A stretch of 64,000 nucleotides of DNA from Desulfatiglandales bacterium (GCA_963662465.1 OY759599.1:5408001-5472000), one strand, 5' to 3'; shown: positions 1 through 10,257, counted from the stretch's first letter. Notes: generated by a model not told the origin, from the sequence alone. Numbers and translations: made by a program.

Positions 1-1746
1 TCAGCGTATCTCTTGGTGATCTTTCCTGGATTACAGCTGTAACGGATGCGAACGGCGTAGCAACAGTGATGTACACGGCGCCTGTAGGCTCAGCCGGCAG
101 CCCGGATACAGTAACGGCAACGTCGACGAACAGCAAAACCGGATCAGATGAAATAACGCTTGTTGACGCCAGTGTTGGCGATATCCAGTTGAGCGCAGGA
201 AAAACTCAGTTGATAGCGAATGGCTCGGCCAGTACAATAATCACGGCAAGGGTCTGGGATTTGAACGGGAATGCGGTTGCGGACAACACGCCTGTTACAT
301 TTGGTACGACGGCGGGAACCCTGTCAGGAGAAACAACGACCACAAACGGTGTGGCGACGGCGATCCTGACGAGCAGCACGACAGCCGGAACGGTTACGGT
401 GACAGGCACTTGTGGAAACTTGAACGATACTGTGAATGTGGAATTCATAGCAGGACCGGTAGCGACAGTGACAGTGGTTGCCGATCCCGACAACGTGACG
501 GCGGACGGCGTGAGTACGAGTGCCATCAAAGCGACTGCGACGGATGCAAACGCTAACCCGGTATCGGGTGAAACCCTGACTTTCAGCGTATCTCTTGGTG
601 ATCTTTCCTGGATTACAGCTGTAACGGATGCGAACGGCGTAGCAACAGTGATGTACACGGCGCCTGTAGGCTCAGCCGGCAGCCCGGATACAGTAACGGC
701 AACGTCGACGAACAGCAAAACCGGATCGGATGAAATAACGCTTGTTGACGCCAGTGTTGGCGATATCCAGTTGAGCGCAGGAAAAACTCAGTTGATAGCG
801 AATGGCTCGGCCAGTACAATAATCACGGCAAGGGTCTGGGATTTGAACGGGAATGCGGTTGCGGACAACACGCCTGTTACATTTGGTACGACGGCGGGAA
901 CCCTGTCAGGAGAAACAACGACCACAAACGGTGTGGCGACGGCGATCCTGACGAGCAGCACGACAGCCGGAACGGTTACGGTGACAGGCACTTGTGGAAA
1001 CTTGAACGATACTGTGAATGTGGAATTCATAGCAGGACCGGTAGCGACAGTGACAGTGGTTGCCGATCCCGACAACGTGACGGCGGACGGCGTCAGTACG
1101 AGTGGCATTAAAGCGACTGCGACGGATGCAAACGCTAACCCGGTATCGGGTGAAACCCTGACTTTCAGCGTATCTCTTGGTGATCTTTCCTGGATTACAG
1201 CTGTAACGGATGCGAACGGCGTAGCAACAGTGATGTACACGGCGCCTGTAGGCTCAGCCGGCAGCCCGGATACAGTAACGGCAACGTCGACGAACAGCAA
1301 AACCGGATCGGATGAAATAACGCTTGTTGACGCCAGTGTTGGCGATATCCAGTTGAGCGCAGGAAAAACTCAGTTGATAGCGAATGGCTCGGCCAGTACG
1401 ATAATCACGGCAAGGGTCTGGGATCTAAACGGCAATGCGGTTGCGGACAACACGCCTGTTACATTTGGTACTACGGCAGGAACCCTCTCAGAAGAAACGA
1501 CGACCACAAACGGTGTGGCAACAGCGATCCTGACGAGTAGCACGACTGCCGGAACTGTGACGGTAACAGGCACTTGTGGAAACTTGAACGACACTGTGAA
1601 TGTGGAATTCATTGCGGGACCGGTAGCAACAGTGGCAGTGGTTGCTGATCCCGACAACGTGACAGCGGACGGTGTTAGTACAAGTGCCATCAAGGCGACC
1701 GTGACGGATGCAAACGCTAACCCGGTATCTGGTGAAACCCTGAACT
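1..1746 (+). repeat. 582-bp tandem repeat (194 aa, two Ig-like domains), about 3 copies in the window, followed by a diverging partial unit
   Basis: tcagcgtatctcttggtgat recurs at 1, 583 and 1165. The first two units are nearly identical; divergence increases after about 1400. Confidence 0.97.
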
Positions 1747-4700
1747 TTAGTGCAGAACTTGGCGATCTTTCCGCCATTACGGCTATCACCAATGCAAACG
1801 GAGTGGCGACGGTGACGTACACTGCGCCTGTAGGCTCAGCCGGCAGCCCGGATACAGTGACGGTTTTGTCGACCAACGCCAAGTCTGGAACGGATACCAT
1901 CACCCTTATTGCGGCGAGCGTAGGATCTGTAACGGTTACGGCCGGATCTTCGAGTCTAGTGGCCGACGGTTCGAGTACAACCATTTTTGCCACGGTGAAA
2001 GACGTAAACGGCAATAATATTGCGGACGGCACGCCGGTTACATTCTCAACCACCGCCGGTACCTTGTCAGGTGGCACTCCCACAACCAACGGTATCGCCA
2101 GGGTGACGCTGACCAGCGGTATAAATCCGGGAACGGCGGTTGTGACAGCCACCGTCGGCGGGCGCTCAGATACGGTATCCGTTGTCTTTGTGGCCGGTCC
2201 GGCCAGTCGGGTCCTGGTGACGGCTGATCCGAGCAATCTTACAGCCGATGGAACCAGTACCAGTCGCATCACGGTGGTGGTGCTGGATGTCAATGACAAC
2301 CCTGTGACCAATGGCACAACCGTTACTTTTGAGGTGGACTACGGCGCCCTCAGCAGTTTGAACGGCGTCACCACAAACGGCGCCCTTTCCGTTACCTACA
2401 CGGCGCCTTCCGCTAAACCGGCTGGAGACCAGGCCACGGTAACGGCAAGAACCGTCAATGGGGCGAATGGGAATGCGGCCATTCACCTAATCGGCGCTCA
2501 GATCGCGACTATCAGTCTGACCGCCAATCCGGAAAGCCTCCCGGCGGACGGGGCAAGCACTGCGACCATCAGCGCGACGCTGACGGTTGTGGGCGGTGGC
2601 AATCCGCCGGACGGCACCAGCGTCAATTTCTCCATCATTCGCGGCGGCGGCGGCATCACCTCTACCGCCACCAGCGCCAATGGGGTTGCATCGGCCACGC
2701 TGACCAGCGGAGATGTGGCGGGAACCGCCACTATCCAGGCCGAAGCCGGGGGTCGGACCGCTCAGATTGATGTAGATTATACGCCGGGAAGTGTCACCCT
2801 TGCCATCGTGCCCAACGCTCTTTTGGGGACGGGAGAGGAAACAGCCACCGTAACAGTGCAGCTGAAAAATGCTGATGGCACGCCTGCGGAGGACGACCAG
2901 GAGGTTCGATTCAGGCTAAGTGATGAAAGCCTGGGTGATATTCCCGCTTCCGCACTTACTGCGGGTGGGGAGGGCAAAGCCCAGGTAACCTTTGAAGCCG
3001 CGGCAAAGGGGGGTACAGTGACGGTGACCGGCACCTGGACCACGGGCGGAATAGGCGGGGTAGATGTCAGCGGAACGGCCGACATTGTTATCTACCCGCC
3101 GCCGGCCTTTATACAGGTGGCGGACGGCTACCCCAATCCGACCAGCGTCAATGTGAAGGGGACCGGCGGGCAATGCACCTCCCAGATCGTCTTCGAGGTG
3201 AAAGACGCGGCCGGCGAGCTGGTGGCGGACGGCTACCGAATCGACTTCTCTATCCTGAGCGGGCCCAACGGGGGGGAGGAAATTTCGCCCGTGCTGACCA
3301 CCACTTCCGGTGGAAAAGCTGGAACCATTCTGACAAGCGGTTTCAAATCCGGACCCGTCAGCGTGAAGGGAACCTATTTCAATGATACCAATGTAACCAC
3401 CACCACCGGCGATATTGCCATCGTATCCGGCCCGCCTGTCGGTGAGGAACTCGGCATCCATGTCCAATATATCAATGTCTCCGGTCTGTGGAAGATGGGC
3501 CTGCGGAACGGGGTTACGGTCAATGCCGGCGACATCTACGGCAATGCCGTGCCCGATAACACGGCCATATCTTTTAAGACCTACAACACGGGTGGCTTGT
3601 TCGATCCGGGCAGCGACGGGACTTCGGGTGGCTTTGGCAACAGCGATCTGATTTCGGTTGCAAGCCCGAGCCCCTTGCAGGGGTTTGTCTCCATCACGGG
3701 CGAGGCTATCAATGGTGGACGGACCACCCATGTTACCGCCATGGCTGTTGACCCGGTCTCGAGCAACGTGGTCTTTGCGGCCACGGACGGTGGAGGCGTA
3801 TATAAATCCACTGACGCCGGGGTTACCTGGCGCAATGTGAGTTCCTCTTCCACCGTGCCGGGCCAGAACTGGATTGACCCCTATGTCAACGATGTGGCCA
3901 TTGATCCTGAAAACAACAACACGGTCTATGCGGCCACCGGGTATCTGGGCGATGGCCACGTATATCGCAGCCTGGACGGCGGTTCGAGCTGGAACAGCAA
4001 CAATGCGGAAGAGTATAAGGGCGTGTTCAGATCAGATTCCGCGGTGCTTACAGTGATTTGTGATGATGCCGGGAATTATGTCTGGATCGGAACCCAGGGC
4101 AATGGTGTCTACTACACCACCAACGGCGCCACCACACCTAGAATTACCTGGATACAGGCCAATGGACTGGGCAATGGAACAAGCGTAAAGGATCTGGTGA
4201 AGGCGCCCGGAACTCACGGCGCTACGGCCGTGCTCTACGCGGCTACAGCCACCGGTGTTTTCAGGAGTACCGACGGTGGGGCCACTTGGACCGATATCAG
4301 CAGCTTTACCGGCGACAACATCAACACCCTGGCCCTGCATCCCGATTCCGACGGCGCCGCGGATATTATCTATGCCGGAACGAACGATGCGGGTGTTTAT
4401 GTCAGCGCCGACACGGGAACCACGTGGACCCCGTACACCGGCGGCATGGGCAAGGGCCTGAGCGCTTCCACGCCGGTTCCAGGGACCCAGAACACGGGAA
4501 CCGGGGTCATGAGCCGGGTAACGGTGGGCAATAACGCCCTGTCCGAATACTGGACCATCACGTGTAAGACCGCTGTAGCAGGTAAAGGCGTCTTTAGTGT
4601 GGTCGGAACCGTTTCCTCCGGATCACAGCCACAGCCCGATTATGATATCAGCGCGGGGGCCTACACCATTGCGGATGTCATGACGTTCACCATTACCGCG

Positions 4701-5510
4701 GGATCCACCGACTTTGTGGTGGGTGACACCTTTACCTTCAGAACCACCCGGGATCCGGGGAGGGAAATCAAGGACCTTCTGGTGGATGAGGGAAATAATC
4801 GGTTGTATGCGGTGACCTATTTCTGGGGCGCCATCGAGCCCCATGCGGTGGGGAACCTTTATACGGTTGAGCTGAATGCGGCAACCCGCCTTCCCAGCGG
4901 AGACTGGGCCGAGGCCGTTGATGGTCTGCCGGCATACGACCCGCCTGATGATACGACACTCTTTGCCCAGCATGCACTGGCCTCAAATGTTCCACCTTAT
5001 ATGAGCGGCGCGGCATCGGCCCTGTATATCGGTGGTGAAGGGATTAACCTTTACAAGGCCACCAGCAACCTGGCTGCCGGTGATCCCCAGTGGCAGCAAA
5101 GCGACAGCGGATTAACCAACCGTATCATGGCGCGCATGCCGGTGCTGTTCTCGGGGGTTTGCACCATGAAAATTGCGGAAACCCCTAACGGTGGCGATTC
5201 CTACACCTATACGGTCTATATTGAGGATGTGAACGGCAATCCGCCCATTGAGGGAACCACTTTTGCGGTGACAACCCATGATGCGGACGGCGCTCTGATC
5301 CGCCAAGTAATGGATCTGACCTACCCTGATACGCGGACTTACCAGGGAACGTGGCGCGACCCATCTGATGCCTCAACCAACGATCCTTACATCGTTGACA
5401 TCAATTTCACTGGGGATGTGGCCGAGGTGAAATTCTTATTTACACCCACGTGTGAGGATACGGCGCCGGGCTGCTCAGGAAGCAATGAGGAGGTATCTTA
5501 TATTCATTGA
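3..5510 (+). CDS. Giant surface protein with invasin/intimin-type Ig-like (Big_1) repeats and C-terminal BNR/Asp-box beta-propeller; 5' end lies outside the window
   Basis: Frame open from position 3. Repeated ADG.S.S.I.ATxxDANxNPVxGxTxTF and TxTDANGVATxxYT motifs. Asp-box motifs YKSTDAGVTW, YRSLDGGSSW, FRSTDGGATW, YVSADTGTTW. Confidence 0.88.
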   Translation, partial: SVSLGDLSWITAVTDANGVATVMYTAPVGSAGSPDTVTATSTNSKTGSDEITLVDASVGDIQLSAGKTQLIANGSASTIITARVWDLNGNAVADNTPVTFGTTAGTLSGETTTTNGVATAILTSSTTAGTVTVTGTCGNLNDTVNVEFIAGPVATVTVVADPDNVTADGVSTSAIKATATDANANPVSGETLTFSVSLGDLSWITAVTDANGVATVMYTAPVGSAGSPDTVTATSTNSKTGSDEITLVDASVGDIQLSAGKTQLIANGSASTIITARVWDLNGNAVADNTPVTFGTTAGTLSGETTTTNGVATAILTSSTTAGTVTVTGTCGNLNDTVNVEFIAGPVATVTVVADPDNVTADGVSTSGIKATATDANANPVSGETLTFSVSLGDLSWITAVTDANGVATVMYTAPVGSAGSPDTVTATSTNSKTGSDEITLVDASVGDIQLSAGKTQLIANGSASTIITARVWDLNGNAVADNTPVTFGTTAGTLSEETTTTNGVATAILTSSTTAGTVTVTGTCGNLNDTVNVEFIAGPVATVAVVADPDNVTADGVSTSAIKATVTDANANPVSGETLNFSAELGDLSAITAITNANGVATVTYTAPVGSAGSPDTVTVLSTNAKSGTDTITLIAASVGSVTVTAGSSSLVADGSSTTIFATVKDVNGNNIADGTPVTFSTTAGTLSGGTPTTNGIARVTLTSGINPGTAVVTATVGGRSDTVSVVFVAGPASRVLVTADPSNLTADGTSTSRITVVVLDVNDNPVTNGTTVTFEVDYGALSSLNGVTTNGALSVTYTAPSAKPAGDQATVTARTVNGANGNAAIHLIGAQIATISLTANPESLPADGASTATISATLTVVGGGNPPDGTSVNFSIIRGGGGITSTATSANGVASATLTSGDVAGTATIQAEAGGRTAQIDVDYTPGSVTLAIVPNALLGTGEETATVTVQLKNADGTPAEDDQEVRFRLSDESLGDIPASALTAGGEGKAQVTFEAAAKGGTVTVTGTWTTGGIGGVDVSGTADIVIYPPPAFIQVADGYPNPTSVNVKGTGGQCTSQIVFEVKDAAGELVADGYRIDFSILSGPNGGEEISPVLTTTSGGKAGTILTSGFKSGPVSVKGTYFNDTNVTTTTGDIAIVSGPPVGEELGIHVQYINVSGLWKMGLRNGVTVNAGDIYGNAVPDNTAISFKTYNTGGLFDPGSDGTSGGFGNSDLISVASPSPLQGFVSITGEAINGGRTTHVTAMAVDPVSSNVVFAATDGGGVYKSTDAGVTWRNVSSSSTVPGQNWIDPYVNDVAIDPENNNTVYAATGYLGDGHVYRSLDGGSSWNSNNAEEYKGVFRSDSAVLTVICDDAGNYVWIGTQGNGVYYTTNGATTPRITWIQANGLGNGTSVKDLVKAPGTHGATAVLYAATATGVFRSTDGGATWTDISSFTGDNINTLALHPDSDGAADIIYAGTNDAGVYVSADTGTTWTPYTGGMGKGLSASTPVPGTQNTGTGVMSRVTVGNNALSEYWTITCKTAVAGKGVFSVVGTVSSGSQPQPDYDISAGAYTIADVMTFTITAGSTDFVVGDTFTFRTTRDPGREIKDLLVDEGNNRLYAVTYFWGAIEPHAVGNLYTVELNAATRLPSGDWAEAVDGLPAYDPPDDTTLFAQHALASNVPPYMSGAASALYIGGEGINLYKATSNLAAGDPQWQQSDSGLTNRIMARMPVLFSGVCTMKIAETPNGGDSYTYTVYIEDVNGNPPIEGTTFAVTTHDADGALIRQVMDLTYPDTRTYQGTWRDPSDASTNDPYIVDINFTGDVAEVKFLFTPTCEDTAPGCSGSNEEVSYIH

Positions 5511-5541
5511 GAAGGAATCGAACAACAGGAGATTTTTTCCT

Positions 5542-5567
5542 GGTTCCCACACTCCCGCGTGGGAACC
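5542..5567. repeat. REP-like palindrome downstream of the giant gene
   Basis: ggttcccac-actcccgc-gtgggaacc, a 9-bp perfect stem. Confidence 0.6.
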
Positions 5568-5685
5568 ATAATATTTGTCTTGCGTCTAAATAGGGACGGC
5601 GAATGAGATTCTTGGTTTTTTACGATATTTGTGTAAAATTGCCCACCGATAAAGCAAGGGACGCTGGTAACTTTGTAAACTTGTT

Positions 5686-6731
5686 TGGGAAAGGGGATGC
5701 CTTTTTCCGGACAAGGAATTGCAGAAGGTGTCCAAAAATGCGGTTATCGGTCGCAGATATGCCGACAAACTCGTACAACTGTACCGCAAAGACGATAGCG
5801 ATGAATGGGTGTTGGCGCACGTGGAAGTGCAGGGGCAGAAAAGGAAACTGTTCCCTGAGAGGATGTACACTTATAATTATTGGCTCATCGTGGATTCGCG
5901 TGAGATTTGGCTTCTGAGCCGATTGTAGGTGCGACTTTAGTCGCACATTAAGTACCCTGTGCGACTAAAGTCGCACCTACAGCCCGAACCGAAACAATCT
6001 CAAAGCGCGATTTCACGTTAATCCGCGATGAACCTAATTACCGAACATTTGACCTTTTTCATCGGAAAGTCGCCAGTATCGCGATTCTGGCGGATGAAAA
6101 TCCTTTGTGGCGTCCGGATCATTTCAGTTATGAATTGCGGGGAAGTCGTGCCGGGCTGTGGTTTCCATGCGTGAAGCTTCTTGATTACCGTGAGAAATGG
6201 ACGGAACTGGAGGCATCGACCAATCCCTTTGCCTCGGTTGTGATGGCGCATTTGAAGGCGGTTGAAACCAAGGGAGACAACGAGCAGCGATACCGGTGGA
6301 AGCTGATTCTCATCAAAAGGCTCTACCGCCAGGGATACGCTAAAGCAGATGTGATCAGGCTCTTTGCATTTATAGATTGGGTCATGTCCCTGCCTGCGGA
6401 TATGGAAAAAGGCCTTTGGATGGAAATCCAAAAGTTCGAGGAGGAAACGAAAATGGAATATGTTACCAGCGTGGAAAGAATCGGTATGGAGAAAGGTATG
6501 GAGAAAGGCATAGAGAAAGGCATAGAGAAAGGTATGGAGAAAGGCAGCCTGAATCTTCTGTGCCGTCAAATTGCGAAGCGGTTTAAAACCGGTTACGAAT
6601 CGCTACCTCCGATCTTCACGGGTTTGCGTGCGGAAGATATCGAAGATCTTGGCGAGCGTTTTCTGGATGCCGAGAGCGTGGATGAGATTCGTCGATGGGC
6701 GGAAGAGAAACGCAGGGCGAGGATGCAGTAG
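5686..6731 (+). pseudogene. Rpn-like PD-(D/E)XK nuclease (DUF4351-type C-terminus), 5'-truncated and split by a MITE
   Basis: DKELQK..GRRYADKLV..WVLAHVEVQGQ..ERMYTYNY|RTFDLFHRKVASIAILADENPLWRP becomes continuous when 5880-6040 is removed. GMEKGIEKG repeats near the C-terminus. Confidence 0.85.
5882..6034. mobile_element. MITE copy 1 (153 bp) containing a GTAG REP doublet
   Basis: Ends GGCTCATCGTGGATT / AATCCGCGATGAACC. Flanks taattatt / taattacc (6 of 8 match). Inserted inside the Rpn coding sequence. Confidence 0.9.
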
Positions 6732-7009
6732 AGCAGGGACTCAGATCATGAACATCTGGGTAATGGGTTGGGGTTGCCCCAAGCTAGATGTGGGTCGGGG
6801 TAGGACCAAGATAGATGGCTGAAATGCTTTAATATTGGCACTTAAACCGTCATTTTCCAGGGCTTAGAACCCCATTTTTGAAAGCAAAATGGGGCACCTA
6901 AGAAAATCGCTGACCGTTCACTGTTTACAGTAAATCCGCGTTTAACCGCGTCCCAATTCCTTTCGGCTCATCGCGGATTAACGTGAAAATCGATCTGGCG
7001 TCATTCGGG

Positions 7010-7205
7010 TGAACGGGGTAAGCGATGATATCCGGGATCGGCACGACGAATTGTCTGGCGGTGTGAAGTGGGGCCGAGAGTGGGGTACATCCTGATCGAG
7101 TTTCAGAAATCGATAGATACATGCCACTGCGTGTCCTGGTGTATGTCGGGCTTTTATATCAGGACCTGATTCGGGAAAAGAAACTGGGACCTTCGGGCAA
7201 AATGT
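7010..7205 (+). pseudogene. Frameshifted fragment of an Rpn/YhgA (Transposase_31-type) gene
   Basis: Fragments VSDDIRDRHDE, YILIEFQKSID and MPLRVLVYVGLLYQDLIREKKLGPSGK lie in shifting frames. Confidence 0.65.
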
Positions 7206-7294
7206 TTCGCCACCAGGAAAAACCTCGGTGCATTCGTCATAAAGAATCGTATGTATTCGGAACCCGACGATCCCATGGTTATTTTTCTCCACGC

Positions 7295-7600
7295 GGTAGG
7301 TCAGGGTGCGGCGCGTCCCCGTTTTTTCCTGGTAGGTCAGGGTGCGGCGCGTCCCCGTTTTTTCCTCTGACGCTGTTGAATCCCAAATGGGTCGAAATCC
7401 ATCAAACGACCGAGAAAACCCCAACGCGCCGTTCCCTGACATTCTCACCACCCCAACGTTGCCAATGGGATTATCGGTTTATGCCGAATCAATGTCAGGT
7501 AATCCCGCGTGTGGACATGTGGGATTTTGAATGTTCATGGGGGTTGACGTGGAAATCGAAATTTCGCGGTAAAAATGTGAACGCGGGACAACCTGACCTA
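7295..7600. repeat. Two direct copies (36-bp period) of GGTAGGTCAGGGTGCGGCGCGTCCCCGTTTTT plus a degenerate inverted copy at about 7571-7601
   Basis: Direct repeat visible at 7295 and 7331; aaaaatgtgaacgcgggacaacctgacctac is an imperfect reverse complement. Confidence 0.7.
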
Positions 7601-7656
7601 CGGACTATACAACTTTTCCCCTCCGGGAATGTTTTCACGTCAATCCGCGATGAACC

Positions 7657-8336
7657 GAAAATCCTTTGTGGCGTCCGGATCATTTCAGTTATGAATTGTG
7701 GGGAAGTCGTGCCGGGTTGTGGTTTCCATGCGTGAAGCTTCAGTTATGAATTGTGGGGAAGTCGTGCCGGGTTGTGGTTTCCATGCGTGAAGCTTGGGAA
7801 AACTTGATTACCGTGAGAAATGGGCGGAACTGGAGGCATCGCCCAAGACCAATCCCTTTGCCTCGGTTGTGATGGCGCATTTGAAGGCGGTTGAAACCAA
7901 AGGAAACAACGAGCAGCGATACCGGTGGAAGCTGATCCTCATTAAAAGGCTCTACCGCCAGGGATACGCTAAAGCAGATGTGATCAGGCTGTTTGCATTT
8001 ATAGATTGGGTCATGTCCCTGCCCGCGGATATGGAAAAAGGCCTTTGGACGGAAATCCAAAAGTTCGAGGAGGAAACGAAAATGGAATATGTTACCAGCG
8101 TGGAAAGAATCGGTATGGAGAAAGGTATGGAGAAAGGCATGGAGAAAGGCAGCCTGAATCTTCTGTGCCGTCAAATTGCGAAGCGGTTTAAAACCGGTTA
8201 CGAATCGCTTCCGCCAATCTTCACGGGTTTGCGTACGGAAGATATCGAAGATCTTGGCGAGCGTTTCCTGGATGCCGAGAGCGTGGATGAGATTCGTCGA
8301 TGGGCGGAAGAGAAACGCAGGGCGAGGATGCAGTAG
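7657..8336 (+). pseudogene. Second, 5'-deleted copy of the Rpn-like gene with an internal 55-bp tandem duplication
   Basis: 7657-8350 is near-identical to 6096-6745; cagttatgaattgtgggg... repeats at 7686 and 7741. Confidence 0.85.
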
Positions 8337-8573
8337 AGCAGGGACTCAGAATTCATTTCGTTTCCAAGCATGAAACTCCCCCAGAGACAAGGCATGCCTT
8401 GTCTCTACAGCAGCTGCGTGCATTTGTACAACCTGCTTTTGTGTTCGATGAAAATGTACTGGCCAAAATCCCCGTACAAACACCCCTCCGTCAAGCAAAA
8501 CCCCCTATCCATGTACGGCTTCAGCCGTGAGTTTTACTTCGAGAGCCTTTCAGGGAAAACTTCAAAAAGGACC

Positions 8574-9503
8574 TCACTTGGGCATTGTTTTTTTGTATTG
8601 GTTGAAACGACCCGGCAGATGCGCCAGGGCCTTTGCATCGGGATAGCGACGCAGTTGAACCTCACAGTTCTGAATCCTTTGCCCAAGAGGCGGATGCGTT
8701 GAAAACCAGGATCCCTTTCGGGTGGAAGCCGCCTGAATGCGTTTCAGTTCTTCCAGCACCTGGATCAGACCGCCGGGATCATAGCCGGTCCGGTAGGCGG
8801 TCTCCATAGCGCTTGTATCCGCTTCAAATTCCATATTTTGGTCCAGACCTTTGTCAAAGAGGGTATCCTGCAGGCCCCCAATCATGTCTTCGAACTGCTT
8901 TCCCTTCTGACCTTCCATCGTGGCGGACGTAATTTTTCCAACGCCATTGAAAAACTGTGCCCGCTGTATGGACTTCAGCGCATGCTTGTGCCCCACATGG
9001 GCCACCTCGTGCGCCAGGATTCCGGCCAATTGGTCCTCGCTTTGAATGGTTTCCAAAAGACCTGAACTGACAAAAACGATGCCCCCCGGGCAACTGAAGG
9101 CGTTTTGCAGGGGGCTATCCACCACAACGAAATTATAGGGAATTTCGGGGCGATTGGAATTTTTTGCCACCGCGGTCCCCACCAGGTTCACATACGCCTG
9201 AAGAGCCTTGTCTTTTACCGGGAGACCGTAGCGGCGAAAGCCCTCGAGAGCCAGGCTTTCACCAATGGTTCTTTCGGACTTGTAGTCGATTTCAGAAGTG
9301 GACCCCAAAACCGAAACCGCTCCCGTAAGGATCTTGTTTTCCTTAGAATTGGGATCCATCAGTTTATCCAGCAATCCCGCAAACTGCAGGTGGTCTGTTT
9401 CCCCTCTTTTTGTATCCTGGTTCGTGCCGAAAGCAAAGACAGTGCTGACCACAAAAAAACATGCCGACAGGAAAAAAAATACAATTGCAATTCTTTTATG
9501 CAT
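8574..9503 (-). CDS. Exported M48-family zinc metallopeptidase
   Basis: Signal peptide; NAFSCPGG, LAGILAHEVAH (HExxH), EFEAD, FSTHPP motifs. Confidence 0.9.
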   Translation of the reverse strand: MHKRIAIVFFFLSACFFVVSTVFAFGTNQDTKRGETDHLQFAGLLDKLMDPNSKENKILTGAVSVLGSTSEIDYKSERTIGESLALEGFRRYGLPVKDKALQAYVNLVGTAVAKNSNRPEIPYNFVVVDSPLQNAFSCPGGIVFVSSGLLETIQSEDQLAGILAHEVAHVGHKHALKSIQRAQFFNGVGKITSATMEGQKGKQFEDMIGGLQDTLFDKGLDQNMEFEADTSAMETAYRTGYDPGGLIQVLEELKRIQAASTRKGSWFSTHPPLGQRIQNCEVQLRRYPDAKALAHLPGRFNQYKKTMPK

Positions 9504-9550
9504 GGCTCGACCCCATCTGAAAAATTATTTTGGTTGAAAATCTCAGACCC

Positions 9551-10060
9551 TTACTGCGCATATTCGCCGATCTTTCCGGCTTTCAGAAAGACATCCAGCT
9601 CCCTGTTCGTGATGTGAATGGCCAAGACCTGATCCAGCGCTTTTTTGTAAACCTCAGGCGTTCTCCGCTTTTGGGCATACTGCTCGGTTTCCTTGGACAA
9701 ACCGCGGATACTCCGGGAGGTCTGGGCCTCATCGGCGCTGATACTGCCGACCTGCATGGACCCAAAAAGGTTGTCGGATTCCCCTGTTTCCTTTGCAGGC
9801 GGCGCATCGGACAATTTCCCCCGATACATCCACCCGTTTTCACCCGATGAAGTCCGCACCCGATACCAGCGGTCTTGGGATTCCAGAACGGAGACCTTGG
9901 CGCCCACGGGAACCGTTGACAGGGTGGTGGATGATGCACCGGGTTCAACCTTAAGCTTGGCATTCTCCGAAGTTACCCACATGGCGCCGCCCGCAAATGC
10001 CGAAAAATGGGAAAAACATAAAACCGCCGTAAAAACCATCAACAGATGCCGTGCTTTCAT
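9551..10060 (-). CDS. Exported SH3b-domain protein
   Basis: Signal peptide ending AFA; SH3b pattern LKVEPGASS..GAKVSVLE..WYRVRT..GWM. Confidence 0.85.
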   Translation of the reverse strand: MKARHLLMVFTAVLCFSHFSAFAGGAMWVTSENAKLKVEPGASSTTLSTVPVGAKVSVLESQDRWYRVRTSSGENGWMYRGKLSDAPPAKETGESDNLFGSMQVGSISADEAQTSRSIRGLSKETEQYAQKRRTPEVYKKALDQVLAIHITNRELDVFLKAGKIGEYAQ

Positions 10061-10257
10061 TTTTTATGACCCCTCAAAAAATATTATGGAACAACAATCC
10101 CGAGCGGCTAGCCGCAGTTTTAAGTTTTAGGTTTTAAGTCTTCCTGAAAATAATCTTCTTGCTTTTTTCTACCAGAGTTTCAGCGTGTAGGACGTTATCA
10201 TATGATTTTGAGGTTTTTTTTTCAACCTATTCCAGAAATATCGCATTTGTATTTTTT

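Larger units (their letters stand above)
6965..7656. mobile_element. 692-bp non-autonomous segment bounded by the same terminal inverted repeats as the MITE
   Basis: Left GGCTCATCGCGGATTAACGTGAAAA versus reverse complement of the right end GGTTCATCGCGGATTGACGTGAAAA (23/25). No TSD seen. Confidence 0.7.

Noticed and set aside
206..3959. Long antisense ORFs over the giant gene (and similar ones over MCP, RHS and hdr genes)
   Set aside because: Shadow frames of well-supported genes, with no independent motifs
5925..5980. REP doublet and other short repeats as a possible CRISPR array
   Set aside because: The repeats are inverted or directly adjacent, with no unique spacers and no cas genes
6770..6900. 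Possible small IS remnant (GGTTGCCCC ... TGGGGCACC)
   Set aside because: The match is too short and there is no TSD
7121..7735. 204-aa ORF as an intact gene
   Set aside because: Only the first ~28 aa are Rpn-like; the rest reads through repeats and a TIR
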